Shown here: positions 1 through 8,155 of the stretch, one piece after another | Layout: each line of letters begins with the position of its first letter | Position numbering within the stretch: the first letter of the stretch is position 1 | Assembly: GCA_000432275.1 (NCBI GenBank) | Contig: HF995316.1 | Location: 27,676 to 91,675 of the forward strand | DNA from: Proteobacteria bacterium CAG:495 | GTDB lineage: Bacteria; Pseudomonadota; Alphaproteobacteria; RF32; CAG-239 | Length of the DNA: 64,000 nt | Direction of reading: 5' to 3' | Made by a program: the position numbers and the translations under genes | Notes under the pieces: model-generated | What the model saw: the letters and a program-made list of their open reading frames with translations, nothing else | Told to the model about the DNA's origin: nothing | The model's database searches: none

Positions 1-459
1 ACTTTGCGTTTGCTCAATCTTCCCGCATCCGTTCAGGAACTGGTTAAAGAAAACAAGCTCTCCGCCGGTCATGCGCGGGCGTTGGTTGGTTTGGAAAACG
101 CCGAAGCTTTAGCCAAACAGATTGTTTCTAAAGATTTAAGTGTCCGCCAGGTTGAAGAACTGGTTGCCAAACAAAAAGAGCCACGTCAACCAAAAGCCAA
201 GAAAACTAAAAATGAAGATTTGGAACAAATCGAACAGGAGTTAATCAAAAATTTAGGGTTGCGTCTTAAAATCACCCCCAACAAACAAGGCGGCGGCAAA
301 GTTGTTTTGCAATACGCTTCCGTTGCTGAGCTGGATATGATTATCGAAACGTTGGAACAAAAACGCCGAAATGATGTACAGCCTGCCGCGAACGCTGTAT
401 TTAAAGCGGAGCAGCCGGCCTCGCCGTCAGAAAAGTTTTCAATTAAAATTGTAGATTAA
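1..459 (+). CDS. parB: Chromosome partitioning protein ParB, C-terminal part (5' end outside the window)
   Basis: The reading frame is open to the window edge. The translation LNLPASVQELVKENKLSAGHARALVGL... matches the ParB/Spo0J HTH and C-terminal region. Confidence 0.85.
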   Translation, partial: TLRLLNLPASVQELVKENKLSAGHARALVGLENAEALAKQIVSKDLSVRQVEELVAKQKEPRQPKAKKTKNEDLEQIEQELIKNLGLRLKITPNKQGGGKVVLQYASVAELDMIIETLEQKRRNDVQPAANAVFKAEQPASPSEKFSIKIVD

Positions 460-476
460 AAAAGGAAAGAACTAAA

Positions 477-716
477 ATGACTATATTGGATAAGATGTTG
501 GAAAACTGCGCTCAGGCCGGTTATGCCACAACAAAAAACGTTGAAAAGATTGCCAAGGCAAAAAAAATGATGTTCGGAGAAGAAGAATGGCAGCGCTGTC
601 CCTGCGACGGCAATAACCCTGCCCGTTTTTGCATTTCCGAAACCTGCCGCGCCGACATTGAGCGCGACGGCGAATGCCACTGCCATTGCTACCGTAAAAA
701 GGCAGCCGGCGAATAA
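477..716 (+). CDS. Small cysteine-rich protein, possibly like the catalytic subunit of ferredoxin:thioredoxin reductase
   Basis: 79-aa ORF with an AAGGAA SD about 7 nt upstream and an intrinsic terminator directly downstream. The Cys pattern CPC-x9-C-x5-C-x9-CHCHC recalls the CPC...CPC...CHC cluster of FTR catalytic subunits. The family call is tentative. Confidence 0.5.
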   Translation: MTILDKMLENCAQAGYATTKNVEKIAKAKKMMFGEEEWQRCPCDGNNPARFCISETCRADIERDGECHCHCYRKKAAGE

Positions 717-746
717 GACCGCGCAAAAAATAAAAATGGGGAGAAG

Positions 747-778
747 AAAAGCAGGATGGGGATCCTGCTTTTTTCTTG
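747..778 (+). terminator. Rho-independent terminator after the Cys-rich ORF
   Basis: aaaaGCAGGATggggATCCTGCtttttt: perfect 7-bp GC-rich stem, extendable with A/T pairs, followed by a T run. Confidence 0.7.
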
Positions 779-888
779 TTTGGTAACCATATCTTTACTA
801 AAAAATTTTATTGTAAGAGAAAATTCTTGGATTAAATAAAGTTATGTGCTTTAATTAGACGAAGCACAGTCAGCTAAGGAAGCAAACC

Positions 889-1932
889 ATGTTTTTCTTG
901 AAAAAGTTTTTATTGGGATTCGGTGCCTTATTTCTTATTTTGCTGGGAGGTGCCGGTACGCAGAGTCAGAGCACCCTGTTGCAGGGCGGCGGCTTTCTCG
1001 GGCTGATAATTGGTCTGGTTGTTCTTTATATTTTTGCTAAAATGGCATGGCGGGCAATGGGCTGCCTTCCTTCAGTTTTTCTCATATTGGCAATTGTTGT
1101 TTTCATCGTTTATGCCATTGGCGGCTTTAAAAACGGCATCGGTAACGTCGGTGCAAATCTACGGAGCTTTATCGGACAGAGCTCAACTTCCAAACAGGTA
1201 AAAATGGCTAATGCTTCTCAACAGTCCGGCGTCATAGCCCTGTTGGAGGAAGAAGACTTTGAAGCGCCCATCAGCGAAAGTTTTTCTGCGCCTGCGGCAA
1301 ATGCCGAACAATTGCGGGAAATGCCGGCTCAACCGGTCCCGGCACAAAATCGTCAGCCCCGGCGTCAGCCGCAGGAAGAACCCGGCTTTTTGGATAAGCT
1401 TTTCGGTGGTGAATCTTCTGATCAAAAAGGATTTAATCCGCAGGATTATCCGGCGGTTTATTCTGCTGCCGGCGTGGTTACCGGTGATACGTTGACGTTA
1501 AACGGCCGTTATTTCCGTTTATATGGTATTGATGCGCCTGAAAGCAACCAAACTTGTGCCGACGCGGTAGGCCGTTCTTACAGCTGCGGCCGTCAGGCGG
1601 CGGCTTGGCTGAGCAGCTGGCTTCAGGATAATACGTTGGAGTGCCGGGTGATGCAGCAGGATGCCAAAGGCAATATGGTCGGCACCTGTTCTTTGGGAGC
1701 TTACGATCTCGGCGCCGCTTTGGTTAATGCCGGCTGGGCCGTGGCTTATACCAAATATACCGACATTTATGTTCCTTATCAGGTTCAGGCTCAGGAAAAT
1801 GGCCGCGGATTGTGGCAGGGCGAATTTTATATGCCTTGGGATTGGCGAAAGCTTCAGGCTCGCAAACCAAATATTAAGATTATCAAAACCAAACCCAAAC
1901 GCAAAAGAACTTTCTTGAACCCGATGGGATAG
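889..1932 (+). CDS. Membrane-anchored thermonuclease (staphylococcal nuclease, SNase-like) family protein
   Basis: N-terminal hydrophobic helices and a Q/P-rich linker. The C-terminal domain GDTLTLNGRYFRLYGIDAPE...GRGLWQG is typical of SNase/thermonuclease homologues. Confidence 0.75.
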   Translation: MFFLKKFLLGFGALFLILLGGAGTQSQSTLLQGGGFLGLIIGLVVLYIFAKMAWRAMGCLPSVFLILAIVVFIVYAIGGFKNGIGNVGANLRSFIGQSSTSKQVKMANASQQSGVIALLEEEDFEAPISESFSAPAANAEQLREMPAQPVPAQNRQPRRQPQEEPGFLDKLFGGESSDQKGFNPQDYPAVYSAAGVVTGDTLTLNGRYFRLYGIDAPESNQTCADAVGRSYSCGRQAAAWLSSWLQDNTLECRVMQQDAKGNMVGTCSLGAYDLGAALVNAGWAVAYTKYTDIYVPYQVQAQENGRGLWQGEFYMPWDWRKLQARKPNIKIIKTKPKRKRTFLNPMG

Positions 1933-1935
1933 CCG

Positions 1936-2412
1936 ATGGAACAAACTATACAGCTCAAGCTTACTGATGAAGCGCATACCGTAAAGTTCGGCCAGACCTT
2001 GGCGCATCTTGCGCAAAAAGGAGACGTTTTTGCCCTGTACGGAACTTTGGGAATGGGCAAAAGTGTTCTTGCCCGGGCTTTTATCCGGGAGCTTACCGAA
2101 GCAAAGGAAGTCCCGAGCCCTACGTTTACTTTAGTTCAGAGCTATGAGGCTCCTGACTTTGAAATTTATCATTTTGATTTATACCGCATTAAAAATCCTG
2201 ATGAAATTTTTGAAATCGGCGTAGAAGAGGCAATGTATGACGGCGTAAGTCTGATTGAGTGGCCCGATAAGATGAAACCTTATCTGCCCCGAAACCTGCT
2301 TAAAATAGAGTTAATGCCTGACGGGGCAGGGCGTCGGCTAGTTTTCTCCTGTCGGGATAATGCAAAGTTTGTCCGTTTTGCTTCTCTGCAAGGATTGTTT
2401 GATGGCGAATAA
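1936..2412 (+). CDS. tsaE: tRNA threonylcarbamoyladenosine (t6A) biosynthesis ATPase TsaE
   Basis: Walker A GTLGMGKS, then SPTFTLVQSY, HFDLYRI and LIEWPD motifs characteristic of TsaE/YjeE. Confidence 0.85.
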   Translation: MEQTIQLKLTDEAHTVKFGQTLAHLAQKGDVFALYGTLGMGKSVLARAFIRELTEAKEVPSPTFTLVQSYEAPDFEIYHFDLYRIKNPDEIFEIGVEEAMYDGVSLIEWPDKMKPYLPRNLLKIELMPDGAGRRLVFSCRDNAKFVRFASLQGLFDGE

Positions 2413-2833
2413 CGTTTATGCTTCCTGCGTTTCCGTCGATGGTCAAGGCGTTCTGCTTATCGGTGGTTCCGGCACCGGAAAATCTGATTTGGCGCTGCGT
2501 CTGATTATGGATAAAAAGGCGGTGCTGGTTGCCGATGATCGTGTGGAACTGGAGCTCAGAAATTCTCTGATTACGGCTTCTGCGCCGTTGCCGCTGAAAG
2601 GATTGCTTGAGGTGAGGGGAATAGGAATAATGACATTTCCCTGTCTGTCTGAAGTCCCGTTATCTCTGGCTGTCCGCCTGAATTGCGCTGAAGAAAAAAC
2701 AGAACGGTTGCCTGCTCCTGAGTTTTTTGAATTTGGTGGTGTGCGTATCCCTCAAATCCGTCTCTGTGCTTTTGAAGCGTCGGCCGCAGCCAAAATAATT
2801 GCCTTTTTGCACAATCCTCTGGCAGATGTCTGA
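2402..2833 (+). CDS. hprK: HPr kinase/phosphorylase, short (C-terminal-domain-only) alphaproteobacterial form
   Basis: Walker A GGSGTGKSDLALRLI, then LVADDRVEL and LLEVRGIGI motifs. I chose the ATG at 2402, which overlaps the tsaE stop by 11 nt, rather than the upstream in-frame ATG at 2360. Confidence 0.75.
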   Translation: MANNVYASCVSVDGQGVLLIGGSGTGKSDLALRLIMDKKAVLVADDRVELELRNSLITASAPLPLKGLLEVRGIGIMTFPCLSEVPLSLAVRLNCAEEKTERLPAPEFFEFGGVRIPQIRLCAFEASAAAKIIAFLHNPLADV

Positions 2834-2927
2834 TTTAAACTGTGAGGATTTTTGCCTTAGAGGTTGATTAATTCCGGGCTTGGTCCTAAAATATGCCCAA
2901 ATATTAACTGATTAAGAGAGAAATATA

Positions 2928-3719
2928 ATGCTTTTAGCTAAAACCGAAAACTTTTTGCGCCGCCAGGGTAAACCTTTGGTTGCTTTTATCTCCCGTCTTG
3001 GGGAATTTTCTGTTTTTGTCGCCCAGACAGTTTACAACTGCCTGACGCCGCCCTTTTACGGCCGCAATTTTATGCGCCAGGTCATCGACATGGGCTTTTA
3101 CTCTCTGCCGGTCGTCGGCTTGACGACGATTTTTGCCGGTATGGTCATCGCTTTGCAAAGTTATTCGGGTTTTATGCGTTTTGGTGCGGAAGGCGCCGTG
3201 GCTTCGGTTGTGCTTATTTCCGTTACCCGCGAGCTGGCGCCCGTACTGTCGGCATTGATGGTTGCCGGCCGTATCGGTGCGGCAATGGCGGCCGAAATAG
3301 GCACGATGCGGGTTACCGAACAAATTGACGCCTTGACCACTTTGTCGACCAATCCTTTCAAATATCTGGTAACTCCGCGCATCTGGGCCGGATTGATTGT
3401 TATGCCGATACTGGTTTTAATCGGTGACGTCATCGGTATTTTTGGCGGATATGTGGTCGGTGTTTACAAGCTCGGCTTCAACCCGGCCAACTATGTTAAT
3501 TCGACTTTGCAAAACTTACAGGCGATTGATATTACGACCGGTTTGGTCAAAGCTGCCGTTTTTGGCTTTATTATCTCCCTGATGGGCTGCTATAACGGTT
3601 ACAAGTCAAAAGGCGGTGCCCAGGGTGTCGGTACCGCAACCACAAATGCGGTTGTGTCTGCATCTATTCTGATTTTGATATTCAACTATGTCATTACCGA
3701 ACTTTTCTTTTCAAAATAA
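2928..3719 (+). CDS. mlaE: Phospholipid/lipid-asymmetry ABC transporter permease MlaE
   Basis: 263-aa polytopic membrane protein with the MlaE/YrbE-type sequence (RELAPVLSALMVAGRIGAAMAAEIGTMRVTEQIDAL), followed directly by the cognate ATPase. Confidence 0.8.
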   Translation: MLLAKTENFLRRQGKPLVAFISRLGEFSVFVAQTVYNCLTPPFYGRNFMRQVIDMGFYSLPVVGLTTIFAGMVIALQSYSGFMRFGAEGAVASVVLISVTRELAPVLSALMVAGRIGAAMAAEIGTMRVTEQIDALTTLSTNPFKYLVTPRIWAGLIVMPILVLIGDVIGIFGGYVVGVYKLGFNPANYVNSTLQNLQAIDITTGLVKAAVFGFIISLMGCYNGYKSKGGAQGVGTATTNAVVSASILILIFNYVITELFFSK

Positions 3720-3737
3720 AGCTGTGGAGAAACAAAA

Positions 3738-4502
3738 ATGAGTGAAACAAAAATTAAAATCCGTGATCTTCATAAGGCTTTTGGTAAAAAGGTTGTGCTT
3801 GACGGCGTTGACCTGGATATTGAAAAAGGGGAGTCCCTGGTTGTTATCGGCGGTTCCGGAACCGGAAAATCGGTTTTGATTAAATGTATTCAGGGGCTGC
3901 TTCGTCCGGACAGCGGTTCGATTTTGATAGACGAAGAAGAAGTCGTCGGTATAGACGAAGAGCAAAAAGAGGCTTTGCACTCCAAAATGGGAATGCTCTT
4001 CCAGGGCGGAGCTTTGTTTGACAGCCTGAGCGTTTGGGAAAACGTTGCTTTTGATATGCTGGAAAATAAAAAAATGGATAAACGCCTGGCAAAAAACGAG
4101 GCAATTCGTGTTTTGCGCTCCGTAGGTCTGGCTCCTGACGTAGCCGATTTGTCGCCTTCCGAACTTTCCGGCGGTATGCAAAAACGCGTCGGCCTGGCCA
4201 GAGCAATTGCTTCTCGCCCGGAAATCATTTTCTTTGATGAACCCACGACTGGTCTTGACCCCATTATGGCTGACGTTATCAATGATTTGATTATTGAGTC
4301 CGTCAAAGGATTGGGGGCAACCGCTCTGACGATTACGCATGATATGGCTTCTGCCCGCAAAATTGCCGATAAAATTGCCATGCTTTACAAAGGCAAGATT
4401 ATTTGGCAGGGAACCGTCAAAGATATGGATAAAACCGACAATCCCTACGTTCAACAGTTTATTCACGGCTGTTCGCAGGGACCGATTAAAGTGGAGGTTT
4501 AG
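3738..4502 (+). CDS. mlaF: ABC transporter ATP-binding protein MlaF
   Basis: Walker A GGSGTGKS, signature LSGGMQKR, Walker B IIFFDEPTTGLD. Sits immediately after mlaE. Confidence 0.8.
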   Translation: MSETKIKIRDLHKAFGKKVVLDGVDLDIEKGESLVVIGGSGTGKSVLIKCIQGLLRPDSGSILIDEEEVVGIDEEQKEALHSKMGMLFQGGALFDSLSVWENVAFDMLENKKMDKRLAKNEAIRVLRSVGLAPDVADLSPSELSGGMQKRVGLARAIASRPEIIFFDEPTTGLDPIMADVINDLIIESVKGLGATALTITHDMASARKIADKIAMLYKGKIIWQGTVKDMDKTDNPYVQQFIHGCSQGPIKVEV

Positions 4503-4504
4503 CC

Positions 4505-5878
4505 TTGGCTAAAAAGGATTCAAAACAATTTGTTTGCCAGAACTGCGGTTCGGTTTACCCCAAATGGCAGGGAAAATGCGACGCCTGCGGCGAATGGAAC
4601 ACCATTGTTGAAGAGCAAATTGGCGGGGAGGGGTTTTCAAACCTTAATCCCAAACGTTCCAAAGGCAGAATAATTGAGTTTGTCCCTTTAAGCGGTTCTC
4701 AGGAACACCTCAGCCGGCTTTCTACCGGAATCAAGGAACTTGACCGTGTTTGCGGCGGCGGCTTGGTCGCCGGTTCGGTTATTTTGGTCGGCGGAGATCC
4801 CGGCATCGGCAAATCGACGTTATTGTTGCAGGCTTGTGCCAAAATAGCGTCATTACCGGCTTTGCCGGAGGTTTACTATATATCCGGGGAAGAAGCTATT
4901 GACCAGGTGCGCATTCGGGCTAAACGTTTGGGGCTGGATCAAACCCCGGTTAAACTCGCCAGTTCCACCGATATTAAAGATATTGTCGCGACGCTTGAAA
5001 AAGCCGATGCGGCGGTGGTCATAATCGATTCCATTCAAACGATGTACTTGGACGAAGTTGAGTCTACGCCCGGCAGTGTCGCCCAGGTTCGTGCCTGTTC
5101 TTATGAATTGATAAAATTGGCCAAACGCAAAGGGTTTACGCTTTTCTTGGTAGGACATGTCACCAAACAGGGAGCCATTGCAGGTCCCCGGGTACTGGAA
5201 CATATGGTTGATACCGTACTCTATTTTGAAGGCGAACGCGGCCACCATTTTCGTATTCTCCGCGCTGTTAAAAACCGTTATGGCGCAACCGATGAAATAG
5301 GCGTCTTTGAAATGCAGGATCAGGGCTTGGTTGAAGTTGACAACCCTTCGGCGTTGTTTCTTGCCGAACGGCAGGGAAATATCTCTGGCTCCTGCGTCTT
5401 TGCCGGCATTGAGGGGTCTCGTCCGGTATTGGTGGAAATTCAGGCTTTGGTCAGCCCGACCAGCTATGCCAGCCCCCGGCGGGCGGTTGTCGGTTGGGAC
5501 AGTAATCGGATGTCTATGGTTCTGGCCGTCTTGGAAGCCCGCTGCGGAATGAATCTGAGCTCTCAGGACGTTTATTTGAATATTGCCGGAGGGTTGCGCA
5601 TTTCCGAGCCGGCTGCTGATTTGGCGGTGGCTATGGCCGTTATCTCTTCGCTGACAAACAAGCCGCTTCCGGCTGATATGGTTATTTTCGGCGAAATCGG
5701 CCTTTCCGGAGAAATCCGTGCCGTCAGCCAGCCCAGTCTGCGCCTTAAAGAAGCCGGCAAACTCGGTTTTGCCAGCGCTATTACGCCGCCCACCCACAGC
5801 AAGGAAAAGAAGGTAAACGTCGAGATGAACCGTTTTGAAATAGGCAATGTTCATCGTTTAATCAACTGGTTTAACTAA
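4505..5878 (+). CDS. radA: DNA repair protein RadA
   Basis: N-terminal zinc finger CQNCG...CDACGEW, Walker A GDPGIGKST, KNRYG motif and a C-terminal Lon-like domain. Apparent TTG start 2 nt after the mlaF stop. Confidence 0.9.
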   Translation: MAKKDSKQFVCQNCGSVYPKWQGKCDACGEWNTIVEEQIGGEGFSNLNPKRSKGRIIEFVPLSGSQEHLSRLSTGIKELDRVCGGGLVAGSVILVGGDPGIGKSTLLLQACAKIASLPALPEVYYISGEEAIDQVRIRAKRLGLDQTPVKLASSTDIKDIVATLEKADAAVVIIDSIQTMYLDEVESTPGSVAQVRACSYELIKLAKRKGFTLFLVGHVTKQGAIAGPRVLEHMVDTVLYFEGERGHHFRILRAVKNRYGATDEIGVFEMQDQGLVEVDNPSALFLAERQGNISGSCVFAGIEGSRPVLVEIQALVSPTSYASPRRAVVGWDSNRMSMVLAVLEARCGMNLSSQDVYLNIAGGLRISEPAADLAVAMAVISSLTNKPLPADMVIFGEIGLSGEIRAVSQPSLRLKEAGKLGFASAITPPTHSKEKKVNVEMNRFEIGNVHRLINWFN

Positions 5879-5892
5879 AAGGCATTTAACCA

Positions 5893-6654
5893 ATGTATCA
5901 GCTCAATAATCTTGATATTATCATTTTGTTTGTTATCGGCATTTCTGCTTTGATAGCTCTTAGCCGCGGTTTGGTTAAAGAGGTTCTTTCCATCATCGGA
6001 TGGGTTTTGGGAACGATAGCGGTAATTTATATTTTGCCCGTGCTCACGCCCTTTGCCAAAAGTTACATCGAAACCGGATGGCTTGCCGGGGTAGTAACCG
6101 CTTTGTTTATTTTGATACTGTTCCTGATTGTCTGGATTCTGTTTACCGGAAAAATCGTCGGTTCCATCCGTCGCAGCAAGCTTAGCGGTTTAGACCGTAT
6201 GCTTGGGTTGTTTTTCGGCATCGCCAGGGCCTGTTTGCTGGTTATTTTGTTTTATATCCTTATCAGCTGGATGATTCCGGTCGATAAGCAGTCCGATACC
6301 TTGCGCGAGTCCAAATATTTTCAAATTGCCGGCAGTTTTGCCAAACCGATTGAGGAGCTGATTCCCGAAAGCACTTTGGAAATTATCCGCGAAAAAACCA
6401 AACAGGTCAGCGAGCAAGCCGAAAAGGCCGATAGAGAGGAAAAAGCCGAAACAGAGGCCAAACAACACCTTGAAGAACAGGACGAAACCGATGAGTTGTT
6501 TGAAAAACTCGCTCAGCCGCAGATAAAGAAAAAGTCTGCACCGGCCCAAAAGGAAAAGCTGAAAAAACCGGTCAAAATTGAGGAGAATTTTGACGGTTAT
6601 AAAGAGTCCGAGCGTGATAACCTCGACCGCCTGATTGAAAATACGATGGAATAA
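5893..6654 (+). CDS. cvpA: CvpA-family membrane protein with a charged C-terminal extension
   Basis: Four hydrophobic segments in the arrangement typical of CvpA (colicin V production protein family), then an E/K-rich tail. Confidence 0.7.
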   Translation: MYQLNNLDIIILFVIGISALIALSRGLVKEVLSIIGWVLGTIAVIYILPVLTPFAKSYIETGWLAGVVTALFILILFLIVWILFTGKIVGSIRRSKLSGLDRMLGLFFGIARACLLVILFYILISWMIPVDKQSDTLRESKYFQIAGSFAKPIEELIPESTLEIIREKTKQVSEQAEKADREEKAETEAKQHLEEQDETDELFEKLAQPQIKKKSAPAQKEKLKKPVKIEENFDGYKESERDNLDRLIENTME

Positions 6655-6656
6655 AA

Positions 6657-6684
6657 ACAAAAGCCGGCATTTTGCCGGTTTTTG
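6657..6684. terminator. Bidirectional intrinsic terminator between cvpA and the PEBP gene
   Basis: aaaaGCCGGCAtttTGCCGGtttt: stem flanked by an A run and a T run, so usable from both convergent genes. Confidence 0.6.
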
Positions 6685-7149
6685 TTAGTTGCTGTACATT
6701 CCGCTGACCAGAGCTTCGCTTATGACATGACCCCGCATGGCTTCCTTGAGCTTTTTCTCGCTGAACCCTTCTTTCAGCGGTAAGTCTGCATTCATGGCAT
6801 AAACATGCAAATCATAGCGGTGAGGGGCTTCCGGCGGCGTCATTCCTCCGTATCCCGGATAATTCCAGCTGTTTTTGCCTTGAATAAAATTTCCGCCTTT
6901 GCGGCTGGCATCTTCCGGAATTTTCAATTCTTTCAAGTTGGCAATGGACCAATGCGTCCATGGTTGTCCCATAATCGGAATGGCATTGTCGTCTTTTAAA
7001 ATAACCACGAAAGATTCTGCCGTTATCGGTACTTCGCTGATTTCAAAGGGAATGGACAATGCCGGCAGCTTATTTGCAAAGTCAGTACCCTTGGCGCCGT
7101 ATTTGTCTTCAAAATTTCCGTCTTTTATGGCCGCACTGCTTATTTTCAT
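6685..7149 (-). CDS. YbhB/YbcL (PEBP, Raf-kinase-inhibitor-like) family protein
   Basis: Motifs WTHWSIANL and PPEAPHRYDLHVYA are typical of bacterial PEBP proteins. I chose the start at 7149 (MKISS) because AAGGA lies 6 nt upstream; the track ORF extends to 7167. Confidence 0.75.
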   Translation of the reverse strand: MKISSAAIKDGNFEDKYGAKGTDFANKLPALSIPFEISEVPITAESFVVILKDDNAIPIMGQPWTHWSIANLKELKIPEDASRKGGNFIQGKNSWNYPGYGGMTPPEAPHRYDLHVYAMNADLPLKEGFSEKKLKEAMRGHVISEALVSGMYSN

Positions 7150-7226
7150 GACACATCCTTTCATCACGGGGAGGATTCCGATATAATCGAACCCGTTTCA
7201 AAAACAATATGTCAGTAATGTCAGGT

Positions 7227-7820
7227 TTATAGTTGCTTACGGGAATTTAGCGCCAGCTGAATGGTGCCTTCGTCCATGTAGTCAAGCTCGGCACCCATCG
7301 GAATACCTTGAGCCAGCGTCGTAACTTTAACGTCAAACTCTTTCAGCCGCGATACCAGATAATGAGAGGTAATTTGTCCGTCAACCGTTGCCGGCAAAGC
7401 CAAAATGACTTCTTTTATGCTTTCCTGGCCGATTCTTGACAACAGGCTGTCAATATTCAGGTCTTCCGGAACAACCCCGTCCAAAGCCGATAAAATGCCG
7501 CCCAGCACGTGATATTTTCCCTTAAAGAACGAAACCCTTTCCATCGCCCATAAGTCGGCGACGTCCTGAACCACGCATAAGGTGCCGGTTTCTCTTATGC
7601 CCGATGCACAAATGGAACAGGGGCTGGTCGTGTCATAGTTGCCGCAGGTTTCACAAATCTTGATATTGTCCGCAACTTCCGTCATTGCTTCTATCAAAGG
7701 CAAAAACAGGGCTTCTTTTTTCTTAATCAGCTGCAAAACAATCCGCCGCGCCGAACGTGTGCCCAGAGACGGCAGTTTCGATACCAGCTTAACCAGTTTT
7801 TCAATTTCGGTTCCGGCCAT
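7227..7820 (-). CDS. recR: Recombination protein RecR
   Basis: LPSLGTRSARR HhH motif, zinc finger CETCGN...CSIC and a Toprim region. The dnaX-ybaB-recR order is conserved. Confidence 0.9.
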   Translation of the reverse strand: MAGTEIEKLVKLVSKLPSLGTRSARRIVLQLIKKKEALFLPLIEAMTEVADNIKICETCGNYDTTSPCSICASGIRETGTLCVVQDVADLWAMERVSFFKGKYHVLGGILSALDGVVPEDLNIDSLLSRIGQESIKEVILALPATVDGQITSHYLVSRLKEFDVKVTTLAQGIPMGAELDYMDEGTIQLALNSRKQL

Positions 7821-7832
7821 GGTTTTCTGCTT

Positions 7833-8153
7833 TTAAAAGGGAAGTTTTAAACCGCCGAGATTCAATCCGCCGGTCATGTCCGATACGCTGTTTTGCATTT
7901 TGGCGTCAACTTTTGCCTTGGCATCGTTATAAGCTGCCGTAATTAAGTCTTCCAAAATGTCGGTTTCGTCGGCAACGACCAAAGATGTGTCAATCGTAAC
8001 CTTTTTCATTTCAAACTTTCCGTTCAAAACGACTTTGACCATTCCGCCGCCGCTGACGCCTTCGGTTTCTTCCTGCGCCAGTTTTTCCTGCATTTCTTCC
8101 ATTTTCTTCTGCATTGCCTGGGCTTGTTTCATAATTCCTTGAATGTTCATCAT
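7833..8153 (-). CDS. ybaB: Nucleoid-associated protein YbaB/EbfC
   Basis: 106 aa with MKQAQAMQKKMEEMQ... and the typical YbaB length and position between dnaX and recR. Confidence 0.85.
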   Translation of the reverse strand: MMNIQGIMKQAQAMQKKMEEMQEKLAQEETEGVSGGGMVKVVLNGKFEMKKVTIDTSLVVADETDILEDLITAAYNDAKAKVDAKMQNSVSDMTGGLNLGGLKLPF

Positions 8154-8155
8154 GA

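Noticed and set aside
3711-4466. Long antisense ORFs opposite confidently called genes. Examples are 3711-4466 opposite mlaF, 4853-5854 opposite radA, 17532-18038 opposite parE, 36117-37145 opposite gyrB, 38750-39505 opposite the porin gene, 50322-50981 opposite dnaA and 63340-63996 opposite the Lon-like gene.
   Set aside because: They are shadow ORFs. Each fully overlaps a gene with strong family motifs, their translations are low-complexity or unrecognisable, and none has an SD or terminator of its own.
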